Origin: Minutocellus sp. GHC0000111
Lineage: Eukaryota
Assembly: GCA_977018835.1 (NCBI GenBank)
Contig: OZ361259.1
Coordinates: 3,224,001 to 3,288,000, forward strand
Reading direction: 5' to 3'
Length of the DNA stretch: 64,000 nucleotides
Part shown: positions 23,220-34,114 of the stretch, one piece after another
Numbering within the stretch: the first letter of the stretch is position 1
Layout of the letters: each line of letters opens with the position of its first letter
The notes under the pieces: generated by a model
What the model saw: only the letters and a program-made list of their open reading frames with translations
Database searches by the model: none
Told to the model about the DNA's origin: nothing
Program-made: the position numbers and the translations under genes

Positions 23220-24895
23220 TCATACTCTTTCCTTCTGGGGGCACCACGCATGGTTATCTTTTGCACACAGAGCATTCGGCTCGGGCCAATGAGATCGATA
23301 TATATGCTTCAAGGCACCCTCGCAGTGCACATTGTATAGAGTGAAATTCACTCCTCTCTTAAATAAGCTCTTGCAGTCCCCCATTGGATCTGTGCCCTTA
23401 TCTGCGAGTAAAAAAATTTGGACGGCCTCTGCAATTTTAGTAGCATCTACTCTAAAGTCTCTCTCAGACCATAATTCGCCAAAGTTGCCATTTTCGTCGT
23501 AGATCAGGCTGGTATTGCCAAGCGGATAGCCAACGTGGTGTAAACCAGTCCCTCGAAATATTCTACCGAGAGGCGTTTCACTGTCGAGCTTGCTCACCCA
23601 CTTACCAAAGCTACCATGTTTAATAAACGGTATTATCTCCAGAACAACGGCTCCATCCTTCATCAAAATTGCCTGAGTTAGCTGCGCACCATGAATCCCA
23701 ATGAGCATGTCGAGAGCACCAAAAGTAACGACTTGGCTGACGGCATTTGATTCTTCTTTCTCGACATTGACCTCCACGCAGATTACATGAGGTGACAAGC
23801 CATTACAGAGCTGTAGCGCTTCCTCAATGTTCGTCCAACGGCGTCGGCCATTCCGCTGTGCCAACCCAACAATTTGGCAATTTTTCTTGTCAGCTTTAAC
23901 GCCAAATTCTTTCTCTGCGCTCTTGATCATATCTGTCCGAGTTGTCTTGATCAATTTTGTAATTATAGGGTCATTTGATATAGTGGTGTTTCGTATTAAG
24001 TCGCGCAAGTCAGCCCACAAGAGGTCTTTGTTGAGCCTGAGATGTCGATATTTCGTGGTAAAGGCAAAAGGTATATATATTGATGCACTATCGGTTTTGT
24101 TGACTTTCTCATACCCGCAAAAGAAAGTCGCTTTATACATGAGCAACCGGTATTGTCTTGTAACGAGCGAAGCTGAAGGACGGGATTTGATGTAAAGGGT
24201 CTCAGAAACAAGCGGTGGCTGTCCAGCAAGTTTTCCATGGGCCCATAATAATAATATGGAAGAGATTTCCACGCATCCAAGTACAGCTGAGTTCCTTCTT
24301 GCCACTTGCGTTGGTCTTCACCTGTCGCGAAAGCGTCCATGTTATGCTTTAATCCGGGCAGCACTCGGGCATAAAACTCCCCAAGCATCGAATTGTGAGC
24401 CCCATGCAGAACAATGTGATTTTGAAGTGGCGAGTAAAAGCAGTTTTGTTGTTCCTGACCTGCCATTTCTTCCACTCCAATATCAATGGAATACCCTGGA
24501 CTATCGTACCAATAGCCATGATTAATCTTTCCAGATCGTTTGATCTCCCATCGCGGTTGTTCCATGCCATGGCCTCTGGATCTCGCATCGTAAAAGAACT
24601 TCTCCGCCCCATGACAGATGTTTTCGGCGTAGAAACACATCAATGGTGACTTGATTTCTCGCCAGCGCTCTTTGTCGAACCAATCAATTGATCTGTCAAG
24701 GTCACTGCTGGAACAATTGGTTCCCAAAGAGGCTGATGCAAGATGTCTCGGAGAAGAAAATTCTTGTACGTTCAATTGCGCCGACAAAACGTTGCTCGAG
24801 TCGAAGGAGAAATTCAAGATAACGATGCTGAAAGAGCACAGCATCAGCGAGGCGACGGTGGAGCGAAGGAGCAAGCGGGGTGGTATAGCCCGCAT
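23220..24895 (-). CDS. Glycosyltransferase family 61-like type II membrane protein; one apparent indel near 24127
   Basis: Collinear paralog of 1072-2729 with LIGIHGAQLTQAILMKDGAVVLEIIP. Only one break (CTTTCTTT versus CTTTTCTTT in the paralog). Confidence 0.75.
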
Positions 24896-25522
24896 CTTGC
24901 TGCGCGGTTGGCTGACTCCCTACCCAAGCAGCCCCGCGCGGCGGCACACAGATGGGCCACAGCGCGCACCCGCCAGGCACAACTCTCCCGACCCCCTAAT
25001 GCAATCAAGAATGTGACACTTTGGTCCACACCAGGGGAAACCAACGAGGTCTATGAGTGAGTCTAAATGCGTCTGCCTCGAGCCCGCCCACTTGCTACAT
25101 TGCTGTCGTCTTTGATCACCAGCGGTGCGCATGCGTATCACGTGCTGCTTTTGTTGTGGCATGTCAAAATACAAAAATCCTGCATGCGCACTGCATGCTC
25201 TCGGTCGCTCGCTCGCTCGGCGGCTCGCTCGCTCGTTTTTGTCTGTCCATCGCCCGTGTGCCGTCAATGCTCGCGAGCTCGCGAGGGAGCCGGAGGTCAG
25301 AGCGCCGCGCCGTGTCTCAAGCAAAAGAATATTCAGCGCACTTGTTCCCCAACGTATCGGCGGCAAATGCCACCATGCATCGGCACGAGAAAGATGCCAC
25401 GACAGCCAGCCAGTCATGTGGAGGTTGCAGCAGATTACTCAACGCACGCCTGGTCAGCCAGGTCACGTGCGTGGACATAAAACGCACCACCGTGCTCGAC
25501 CGACCGAAAGCTACGCACCATC

Positions 25523-27908
25523 ATGCCATCGGCAATGCGGCTGGTCGTATGGGTCGTGTTGTTCCTGGGCTCGACCGTCGTGGTTTCTGCCGCTGCCGAT
25601 GGCGACGACTGGCAGGTCCGCGGTGCCGGCGGCAGCCTTCGGACCCAGCGCGAAATGCGCGGCAAAAGCAAATCAGGCGAGGGCGGCAGCAAATCCAAAG
25701 AGTCGGGCGGTGGCACCGGAAAGAGCAAATCCAACAATGACGACCATGGCGCCGATGATACTACTGCCGGTATTTTTCCCAAATACCACACCGCCACGCA
25801 AGACCCGATTCCGGGCCAGTACGTCGTCACGTACAAGGAAACGGACGAGATCATGGCAGATTCCGAAATGGACGACATGTCGGAAAAATTGTGCAGCTCC
25901 AAGAATGGCAAGCTCATGAGCACGTACCACCAGGTCCTGAAGGGATTTTCGGCCAAGCTCACGAAGGAGGCGGCCATGGAGATATCGGAGATGGACAACA
26001 TCGAGGCCGTCGAGGAGGACAGCGTGGTGCGGACCAATGCGGTGGAGAGCTGGGGTCTCGATCGGATCGATCAGCGAGATTTGCCGTTGGATGATACCTA
26101 CGATCCAATCATCGACGGTAGGCCTGCTAGTAACAGAGGACAGGGAGTTACGGCGTACATCATCGACACTGGAATTCAAAGCAATCATAATGAGTGGGGG
26201 TCGGGCCAAGGAAGTCGGTATGCCGGTGGTATGAATTTTGTCTCTGATGGGAGGGATTCGGAAGACTGCGATGGCCATGGTAAGAACCTCGCTCTGTAGG
26301 ACCGAACAACCTACTACTATCATCCTTTTACTTCAATCAATGTCCAAACTTACCAATCTGCCGATTTCCTTTTTTGAATTTTCCAGGAACTCACGTGGCC
26401 GGCACCGTCGGTGGTATGACCTACGGCGTGGCCAACAAAGTCAAACTGTATGCGATCAGGGTCCTGGACTGTACTGGGTCAGGCTATTTTTCTGACATTA
26501 TCAGCGCGTTGGAATGGATTGCCAACAATGCCGCCAAGCCAGCTGTGGCCAACCTCTCCCTCGGCGGTGGGTTCAGCACATCTGTCAACAGAGCCGTGAA
26601 CAACCTTGTCGACAGTGGCGTTGTCGTGACGGCATCGGCGGGCAATAGCAATGACGATTCCTGTGGCCAATCTCCCGCCGCGGCAGACAAAGCCATCACT
26701 GTCGGATCTACGAGACAAAATGACAACCGTTCTTCCTTCTCCAGCTACGGTCCTTGCGTTGACATATTTGCTCCTGGTTCCAGCATCACATCGGCCTGGA
26801 TAGGTGTTGCTGGTGCTACCGGCACCATCAGCGGTACCAGCATGAGTGCGCCCCACGTCGCCGGACTTGCGGCTCTATATCTAGGAGAGAACCCCAATTT
26901 GACTCCCGCTGAGGTTACCAGAAAGATGCTGCAGTATGATGCGACGCATGGAGCTGTTGGCGGCATACCCAGTCCCACTGTTGAAACTGCGAACCTTCTC
27001 GCATACGCAGGTCCCAATGAATGTGCCATGAAAGCAGATGGTACGACGTGTACTCTCCCCAATAAGTGCGTTGGTACTTGTCAGGAAAAGATCTGTTCCC
27101 TCTCTCCCGGCAAGTTTTACGTTGCTATCAAAGGCGACAGATATCCACATGAATTTCCTGGGAAATTCGCCGAGGTGCGACCGTGATGGTATCAAAGGAT
27201 GATGACACATCCAGTTCAGGCCCGCTCTTTTGCGATCAGGTGGATATCGTCCAGGGTACTTCCTACACGTTCGAAATAACAGATTCTAGCAGCAATGGAC
27301 TCTGTTGTGGCGACAAAGACTCCCTTTACGGACACGGATACTACTCTATCTACGATGGAAACACACATCTACAGACTGGGAGTAATTTTGGGTCCTCCGA
27401 AACCACAACATTTACCGCCCAAACTGGTGGTAACACCCCTCCGCCCTCGCCTATGTCCACTTCTCCTCCCACGCCTATTCCAACGCCTATTCCAACGCCT
27501 ATGCCGACGACTATGCCAACGCCTATGCCGACGACTATGCCCACGCCGATGCCGACGACTATGCCCACGCCGATGCCTCCCACTCCTTCTCCACCGGCCT
27601 GCACCGACAGTCATCTCAGACTCAAAATCCTAAAGGATGGGGAAATTATTACTAGGTCCTGCGAATGGGTTGCAAGAACGGACACCTCAGCGCGTTGCAA
27701 TCTCCCTGGAGTGTCTGCCGCCTGTCCAGAAACCTGTGAAAGCTGTGACACTTGCGCAGATCCTGAGTTGCGGTTCAAATTCACATGCAACGATTTCTAC
27801 ATCGCACGAAGCTGCGAATTCGTAGGTCGCATCCCAGAAAAAGTAAGCGGTCGATGTGCAGCATCGCAGAACATTTGCCGCCTGACATGTGGCACGTGTT
27901 CGGCGTAG
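25523..27908 (+). CDS. Secreted subtilisin (S8, proteinase K/aqualysin-like) with I9 propeptide, Pro/Thr linker and Cys-rich ShK-like tail; intron 26280-26386, indel near 27152
   Basis: Signal peptide, IPGQYVV..GFSAKL propeptide, SWGLDRIDQ, catalytic IIDTG, DGHG|THVAG and [14 protein letters not shown]-terminal CPETCESC and CRLTCGTC. Confidence 0.93.
27468..27585 (+). repeat. Coding 12-bp minisatellite ([12 protein letters not shown] linker)
   Basis: Units CCAACGCCTATT, CCGACGACTATG and CCCACGCCGATG. Confidence 0.9.
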
Positions 27909-28092
27909 TTGGTAAGACTTAAAAGATAGGTAGTCAAATCTAGCTACATTTAGGAATAGAACAAATGTAGAATACACATTCATACATTCTATAGCATGTC
28001 CCATATTGCTTACATGTAGATCTAATAGTACAAATCAAAGCATCATGAAAAAAGCTTTCTACTGACTCGGCGCAACAATCAGCGTCTCATCA

Positions 28093-28908
28093 TCACTCCT
28101 CCGAGTCGCTATCATCCAAGTCAGCATGCAAAGTTTCGGCAAACAAGAGAGCGCCCACCTCGTGGGACTTGCGGTAGCTGCCGTTGCGTTGGACGAAGCT
28201 GGTTCTTCCGTTATACTCGGTATAGCCAGTTGTGATTTCACCTTGCGTATCGTCGTCGTCGCTTTCGTCGTCGTCTTCGTCGCTGTCCTCATCTTCGTCA
28301 TCGTCGTTCAGCCATCTCTCGTAGTCTTGGCTGAACACAAAGGAGAAGAAGTTGAGCTCTTTCATGCGAGGGGTAAAGATAGTCTCGGTAGATCGCATAG
28401 TAGCAGTAATGTAGCCAGGCACTGAAGAGCCATCGTGATTGCCAATCTTGTTGATGGTGGAGGTGGAGGACGTCGAGTCATTTCCGTCGGTGGAGACACA
28501 TGCGGCCTCGGCGTTGCTGATTTCGTCCCTTTTGGTGGACAAAGTACTAGCCTTGGAGATTATGGACGGCGCCAAGGAGAAATTGGAGCTGCCGCCGCCC
28601 GAGCCCGTAGACGACTCCATTGGCGCCAGAAGGGAGGAGAGGATCTCCTTCGATGGAGCCGGGGAAGGTTTTGGAATGCTGGAGGCAGCAGTATTAGCCT
28701 CCGGAAGTTTCTCCGTGGCATTTAGGCCCTGTAGAATGTCGTGAGGCATGTTGGAAGCGGCAGCAGCGAGAGCTTGGTTCGAGGGGGGAGAGGCGTTTCT
28801 ACCTGTGGCGGCAAGGGCGACGGCACTTTGCTCGAGGCCGGTGGAGTTACGGTGGGCCGAGGCGACGCCCTCGGCTTCGTGCGTGTTCGTTGGTTGTTGG
28901 AGATTCAT
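28093..28908 (-). CDS. Hypothetical low-complexity protein with acidic C-terminus
   Basis: 271-aa ATG-initiated ORF, Ser/Ala-rich with an Asp/Glu tract. Confidence 0.6.
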   Translation of the reverse strand: MNLQQPTNTHEAEGVASAHRNSTGLEQSAVALAATGRNASPPSNQALAAAASNMPHDILQGLNATEKLPEANTAASSIPKPSPAPSKEILSSLLAPMESSTGSGGGSSNFSLAPSIISKASTLSTKRDEISNAEAACVSTDGNDSTSSTSTINKIGNHDGSSVPGYITATMRSTETIFTPRMKELNFFSFVFSQDYERWLNDDDEDEDSDEDDDESDDDDTQGEITTGYTEYNGRTSFVQRNGSYRKSHEVGALLFAETLHADLDDSDSEE

Positions 28909-29420
28909 CTTTACATCTGTTTGTTGAGCATGTATGCTGTGAGGGAACTCAATTCAGTCTAAGAAGCAAAAAGTCGTGAGCTCGACAAGGTGGACCCAGA
29001 GAAAGAGAGAAGCCGGAAATAAATACATGTGTGTACAGCCGTTGTTTTCTCAGATTTCTTTTCCCCCTTTCCCTGCCTGAACATGAGCATGCGCACGATT
29101 ATTAGTATTGTCCCTACGTGAAAATGGTGTGATGTCATTCTACAAAAGACGCACCAGCGGCTTCTTGATGCATGTACGAGTTCATAGTCCAGGCCAAATA
29201 ACATTTGGTGCGTCCCAGGCCGCAACATTCTTTTTCTAGGAATTCCTAGAAATGGTGTGATGTCATTTCGCGTCATGCGGCCTAATGAGTCGAGTGAGTC
29301 GAATAGAGTCGAGTCGAGTCAGATCTTTGACACTGCCTGGCCCCGCGCCCCCGCTCCCGCCGCTCGCATTATTCTGACTGCCTGGGCCGCTGACCGCCGC
29401 ACCAAAAGTCAGCAGCAACG

Positions 29421-32075
29421 ATGGACCATCTCCTTACCTGCCCCGTATGTTTCGATCCATTCGACTCGGATCTATCACTATTTCAGTCCGAAGAGCGGAG
29501 AAGACATTCGCACCTCCCCGTACTGTCTCACCAGTGTCCACACAAAATATGCGCCTCCTGTCTCAACAACTGGCAGCATCGTGCCGTCTCCAAGAGGGCG
29601 AAACAGTTGCCCAAGTGGTTCAAATGCCCCTGCTGCACGAAACGGACGGCGTTTGACGCCGAGGAGATGGAGATCGATACCTTTGCGTGCACCATGTTTG
29701 CCCACGTCAAGGCGAATGGGGTGACTGTTCAGCAAAGTAATAGTGATCCTGACGCAGCAACAAATACTCGTATGCAGACATCGGAAACCTTCTTGGAACA
29801 GGGATCGGCAAGAAGAACGGAGTTCTACTATCACAACAACCCAGACCAAGCAGTTGATAATGCCGAGCAGACGACATTATCCAGCATCGTAGCTCTAGAT
29901 TGCGATCGACCTCGTCTGGTGCTTCCCGAAGAAAGAGAGACTTGATGTCAGCGCTGGATGTAGGTAAAGATACCGACGAAATTCGAACCATGCTCGATCG
30001 AGAGGACGCTCTAACGTCGACCGAGCGCTTTCTTCAAAGTGGGACATCCAGACGTAGCATGAGGGTGGGGTCTGGGGATCATCAACTTGGTGCCGAGCTT
30101 GAGAGAAGACGCGTTGCCGCTGTCTGGAAGTGCCGAGGATGTGGCGCGATGAATTCTTCACAACGGAAAAGGTGCCCTCCACCATGCTTCAAATGGAGGC
30201 CCGGTCTACGCACAGGAGGGAAGAAATGCGCTGAACCTGAATCAGAGGATGAATCCGGGGAAGGAGGAGACGATGACTGTGGCGTTGCGGGTACTATTGA
30301 AGCCGATGCTGTACATGTAGGTGATGAGGACATGTGCCCATGGGAATGTCCGTCCTGTAAGCAGGTGAACCCCTTTGGAAAGAAATTATGCAAATGCAAG
30401 TCAACAAGGAGAGGACGTGGTTGTGCAATTCCAGGATGCCCCAAATACTCTCAAGGGTTCCGATACAACCACATGTGTGCAAGTCACTATTCCGATTCCA
30501 ATACGATCGATGTGGCGACATCACCGCCGAATCCTCGCCGACAGAGTACAAATGATGCAAGTCCGGCGAGGCTAAAGAATCCCTATGCCGATCTAAAGCG
30601 CCGCGAGTCGCCTCGCCAACGGTCGCGCCATCACTGCGGTTCATGTGATGCTTGCATGGTGGACGAATGCGGCAAGTGCAAAAATTGCCTTGACATGCCT
30701 CGCTTTGGAGGGAGCGGGATCAGTAGGCAAAAGTGCATGAATCGGCCACCTTGTTATGATCCACCATCGGCGTCTACTGCAATTCCTAGAACTCCTGGTA
30801 TCGACTTTGAGCATAGCACCGATAACAACACGCAGAATCAAACGAAAAAGAGAAAAGGAAGAAATTGTGAGTCAGATGCTGGGGCGGATATTGCACGAAA
30901 TGCGTCAACTGATGAGGACTTTGCCAGGTGGAAATGCGAATCTTGTAAACTGGTCAGCCCCTGTGGTACGAAACCGTGTGGTTGTAGGGCAAAGCGCAGA
31001 CGTCTTTGTGCGGTTCCAGGCTGTATGAGGCAATCAGCAGGTTCTGGCTACGATCAATACTGTATGCGCCATTACCGGCATCGAACTTCCAATGTGAGCG
31101 AAGAGACGCCGTCACTAAATTCTCGTCAACGGGGCCATCATGAAAAGAAAAATTCCTGCGCCAATCTTGAGCGTCAAGAGCGCGCTGAAGGAAACTCAGA
31201 AGACACTCCTCAATGGAAGTGCCGAGGGTGCGGCAAAACACACTCTTCCGAGCGAAAGAGGTGCCCTCCGCCGTGTAGGAGATGGAAGGACGGTCGAAGA
31301 ACGTGGGATTGCCAAAATGATGCCATAAAGCAAACAGAGCCCACTGAGAAGCAGCTCTCGAATAATGCTGATGAGGACGAAGTTTTCGGCCGAAGGAAGA
31401 ATCCCTATGCTGATCGAAAGCGCCGTGATTCTTCTCGCCAACGGTCTCGTCATCGCTGCGGTTCCTGCGACGCTTGCATGGTGGACGACTGCGGCGAGTG
31501 TAGAAATTGCCTCGATAAGCCACGTTTTGGGGGGAGTTTGATACGCAGGCAAAATTGCGTGAATCTGCCGCCCTGTTACAACCCTCCTTCGGCGTGTAGA
31601 ACTCTTGATGAGGACTTTGCCGGGGCCATTGAGAGGAATGTGCCCTCTGATGAAGATGAGGTTGTGCATAAGGAGGACGACGATGACGTTGATCGTCTAT
31701 TCGAGGTTCTTGCGCCCGGTAGATATGAGTATGTGTCCTTGCCCACCGGCGGCGCAAAAGAAGTGCAAGCTGAAGATATTATTGTAACGCTATTTACGAC
31801 TGGCTGGGAGCGGGGCAAGGTCGAGGACATCGATAGGGCGAGTCCGTCTCAGAAGCAAGTGGCGAAAAGATTCTCCATTCCTCGGCTTGTTCGTTATATC
31901 TCGGACAATTCTTACTGGTTACATGATCTTGATGATCCATATATCTAACTGAAGAGCAATTCAACAATCTGAATAGTGGTAGCACTGAGGCTTCTGAAGG
32001 TGTAAAAGTCGGCGCTTGGTGTGTTGTTCGCCGCACTGATTCTCCTAGAAACCCATCGCCTGGGGTCCTTGTCTA
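29421..32075 (+). CDS. RING finger protein with duplicated Zn-finger cassette including two zf-CXXC domains; apparent indels near 29910 and 31945
   Basis: N-terminal RING is closely similar to that at 21557 (MDHLLTCPVC.DPFDSD...KWFKCPCC). CGSCDACMVDECGKCKNCLDMPRFGG...QKCMNRPPC and a second copy match zf-CXXC. Further fingers: CAIPGC...CASH, CAVPGC...CMRH and WKCRGC..CPPPC. The 3' end is inferred. Confidence 0.8.
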
Positions 32076-32109
32076 GCATTACTAGCTACGTAGATAGTAG
32101 TACTAGCTA

Positions 32110-32140
32110 GATATATATATATATATGTGTGTGTGTATAT
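32110..32140. repeat. (AT)n(GT)n microsatellite between convergent genes
   Basis: ATATATATATATATATGTGTGTGTGTATAT. Confidence 0.85.
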
Positions 32141-32175
32141 TATCAAGTGCCATGCTATCCTCTCGATAGATTATA

Positions 32176-33981
32176 TTATTGCTTCTCTGGAAGCCGAATC
32201 TTATCCAACATGGCCCAATGCTGAGGCACCGAAACCAGATTGTTTGCCGTGATAGCACCGGCGGCGGCTGTTGCCGGTACGCCAATACCGGGGAAGGTAT
32301 AGTCGCCACAAAGTAGTAATCCCTCCAATGGGGTTTTGTGACCGGGCAGAGTTTGCTTCCCTGCCTCTACTCGAGGACCGTAGGCGCCCTGAGTCCGTCG
32401 AAGGAATCGCTCGTGCGTCAGAGGCGTGGCAATCTGAACCGTTCCGGGAACAGCCCTATCGCGTGCATTGGGAACGTACTCTTCGATGGCACTCCACAAA
32501 AAGTCAGCTGCCTCCTCCTTCTTTTGTTTGTACTCTTCGCTCTTGCGGTCAAGTCCCTTCCACCACTCGTACGGTTCGGTCGCTGGTACGTACGCATGCA
32601 GCACATGCTTCCCCTCGGGCGCTAAGGTAGGATCAATCAGTGAGGGCATACTGCAAAGGACGATGTTGCGTGGACTTTCGACTCCCTCGGGAGCATCCCA
32701 ATCTCTAACGACGGCCCACTGTGCAGGGAAGTCGGCACTGGCCTCGGTGGGCAGACCAGTCGCGTCGATTCCGGCGTGAATGTGAATAAAACTCTTGAGG
32801 TTGGGGATACCTCCCTTGTCGGCGTCGGTTTCAGTGAGCTTGCCCATGTGCTCGTTCAACTCAGCCGAGGTCAGGCCCGCATCTCTGGCCTTGGACAGCA
32901 GTCGTTTGGTAACGAACGGGTCGGCATTGCTCACGACGGCCTTGGTAGCCTTGATGACGCTCCCATCGGCAAGTTTGACTCCACTAGCACGACCATTCTC
33001 GACCAATATCTCCTCCACATGGCTGCGAACATGAACGCTGGATTGAGGGTGCTTCTCGACGCCCCGAACCAACGCATCAACAATGGCACCGCTGCCACCC
33101 TTGGGAAAATCCAAGGTTACGCCCGGTCGGTACCAGTCGGCCAACATGTAGGCCATGACGGCATTCATGGTTCCAGCAGCGGGCAGTCCCTGAAGGAGGA
33201 AGCAAAGCATATCGAGCCAATTCTTCACAAACTTGTTTTGGATGTTCATTTCCTTCATGATCAGATCGAACGGATCATTGAGCGCCTGACCCTGTTTGAG
33301 CGTATCGAACAACTCCTTGGGATATCTGGCCAGCGTCAGAATGGCCCCGGCATCCTCCCTCAGCGCCATGCTCGTCAAGGCCTGGGCGGCATTCGACAGA
33401 GGTTCCATCCGCTTCATCAGCGTGGCAAATTCCTCCTCGGCACCCTCTCCGCCGTGCTCCTTCAGCACGTCGCCGAATTCCTCCGGTCCAATCTTGGCGG
33501 CAAACTTTTTGCCGTTGGGCAATACCGTCCCCCATCGATCGTACGTGATCCACTCCGGCTCTTCCTCGATGATTTGGAAGATGTTCTTCAACGGATTGGG
33601 CGATCGGTCCATGGAGAAGCCACTGTACAGCGATGGGCCGGATTCAAAGTGGTATCCTCGGCGGGTCCACGTGTGGGCAGCGCCGCCGGGCGTGTCGTGC
33701 GATTCCAGCACGGTGGTGGACACCTGGTTGTGCGAGAGGAGGGACGCGCACGACAGCCCCGCCAGACCGGAACCGATGACGATGACGTCGGTGCTTTGCG
33801 GGAGGGATTTGTTCTTGGCATTGGCGCTGCTTTCGTATGTGACTTCGTCGTCCTCGGTGGTGCTCTGCAAATTGGATGTTCGCGAACGAGAGAGGGCCGA
33901 CTTGGGAGGTGCAAATGCACTGCTCCCATCAAGGATCAGGGCAAGCAAAAGAGCGCTGGTACCGGCGGCGGAGAACCTCAT
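32176..33981 (-). CDS. Plastid CRTISO/CrtH-family FAD-dependent carotenoid isomerase-like protein
   Basis: Presequence ends SSA-FAP. DVIVIGSGLAGL, GGAAH..RRGYHFESGPSL, FPKGGSGAIVDALVRG, ATPLTHERFL, LLLCGDYTFPGIGVPA. Confidence 0.9.
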   Translation of the reverse strand: MRFSAAGTSALLLALILDGSSAFAPPKSALSRSRTSNLQSTTEDDEVTYESSANAKNKSLPQSTDVIVIGSGLAGLSCASLLSHNQVSTTVLESHDTPGGAAHTWTRRGYHFESGPSLYSGFSMDRSPNPLKNIFQIIEEEPEWITYDRWGTVLPNGKKFAAKIGPEEFGDVLKEHGGEGAEEEFATLMKRMEPLSNAAQALTSMALREDAGAILTLARYPKELFDTLKQGQALNDPFDLIMKEMNIQNKFVKNWLDMLCFLLQGLPAAGTMNAVMAYMLADWYRPGVTLDFPKGGSGAIVDALVRGVEKHPQSSVHVRSHVEEILVENGRASGVKLADGSVIKATKAVVSNADPFVTKRLLSKARDAGLTSAELNEHMGKLTETDADKGGIPNLKSFIHIHAGIDATGLPTEASADFPAQWAVVRDWDAPEGVESPRNIVLCSMPSLIDPTLAPEGKHVLHAYVPATEPYEWWKGLDRKSEEYKQKKEEAADFLWSAIEEYVPNARDRAVPGTVQIATPLTHERFLRRTQGAYGPRVEAGKQTLPGHKTPLEGLLLCGDYTFPGIGVPATAAAGAITANNLVSVPQHWAMLDKIRLPEKQ

Positions 33982-34114
33982 CTTTCCAGCACATGATGTG
34001 TTGAGACGATGGAGTTGGCTGAGTGAGTCATTGGAATCCACTCCCTTTTTATCACATTAGCCTCAACGTTTCCATAAAAAACATATCTCGGAGTGTGTCA
34101 TAACCTAACAAAGT

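Noticed and set aside
32776..33996. Long antisense ORFs (also 36358-37467, 49182-50018, 59292-60056, 7021-7719)
   Set aside because: They are shadows of GC3-rich genes on the opposite strand and carry no recognisable motifs.
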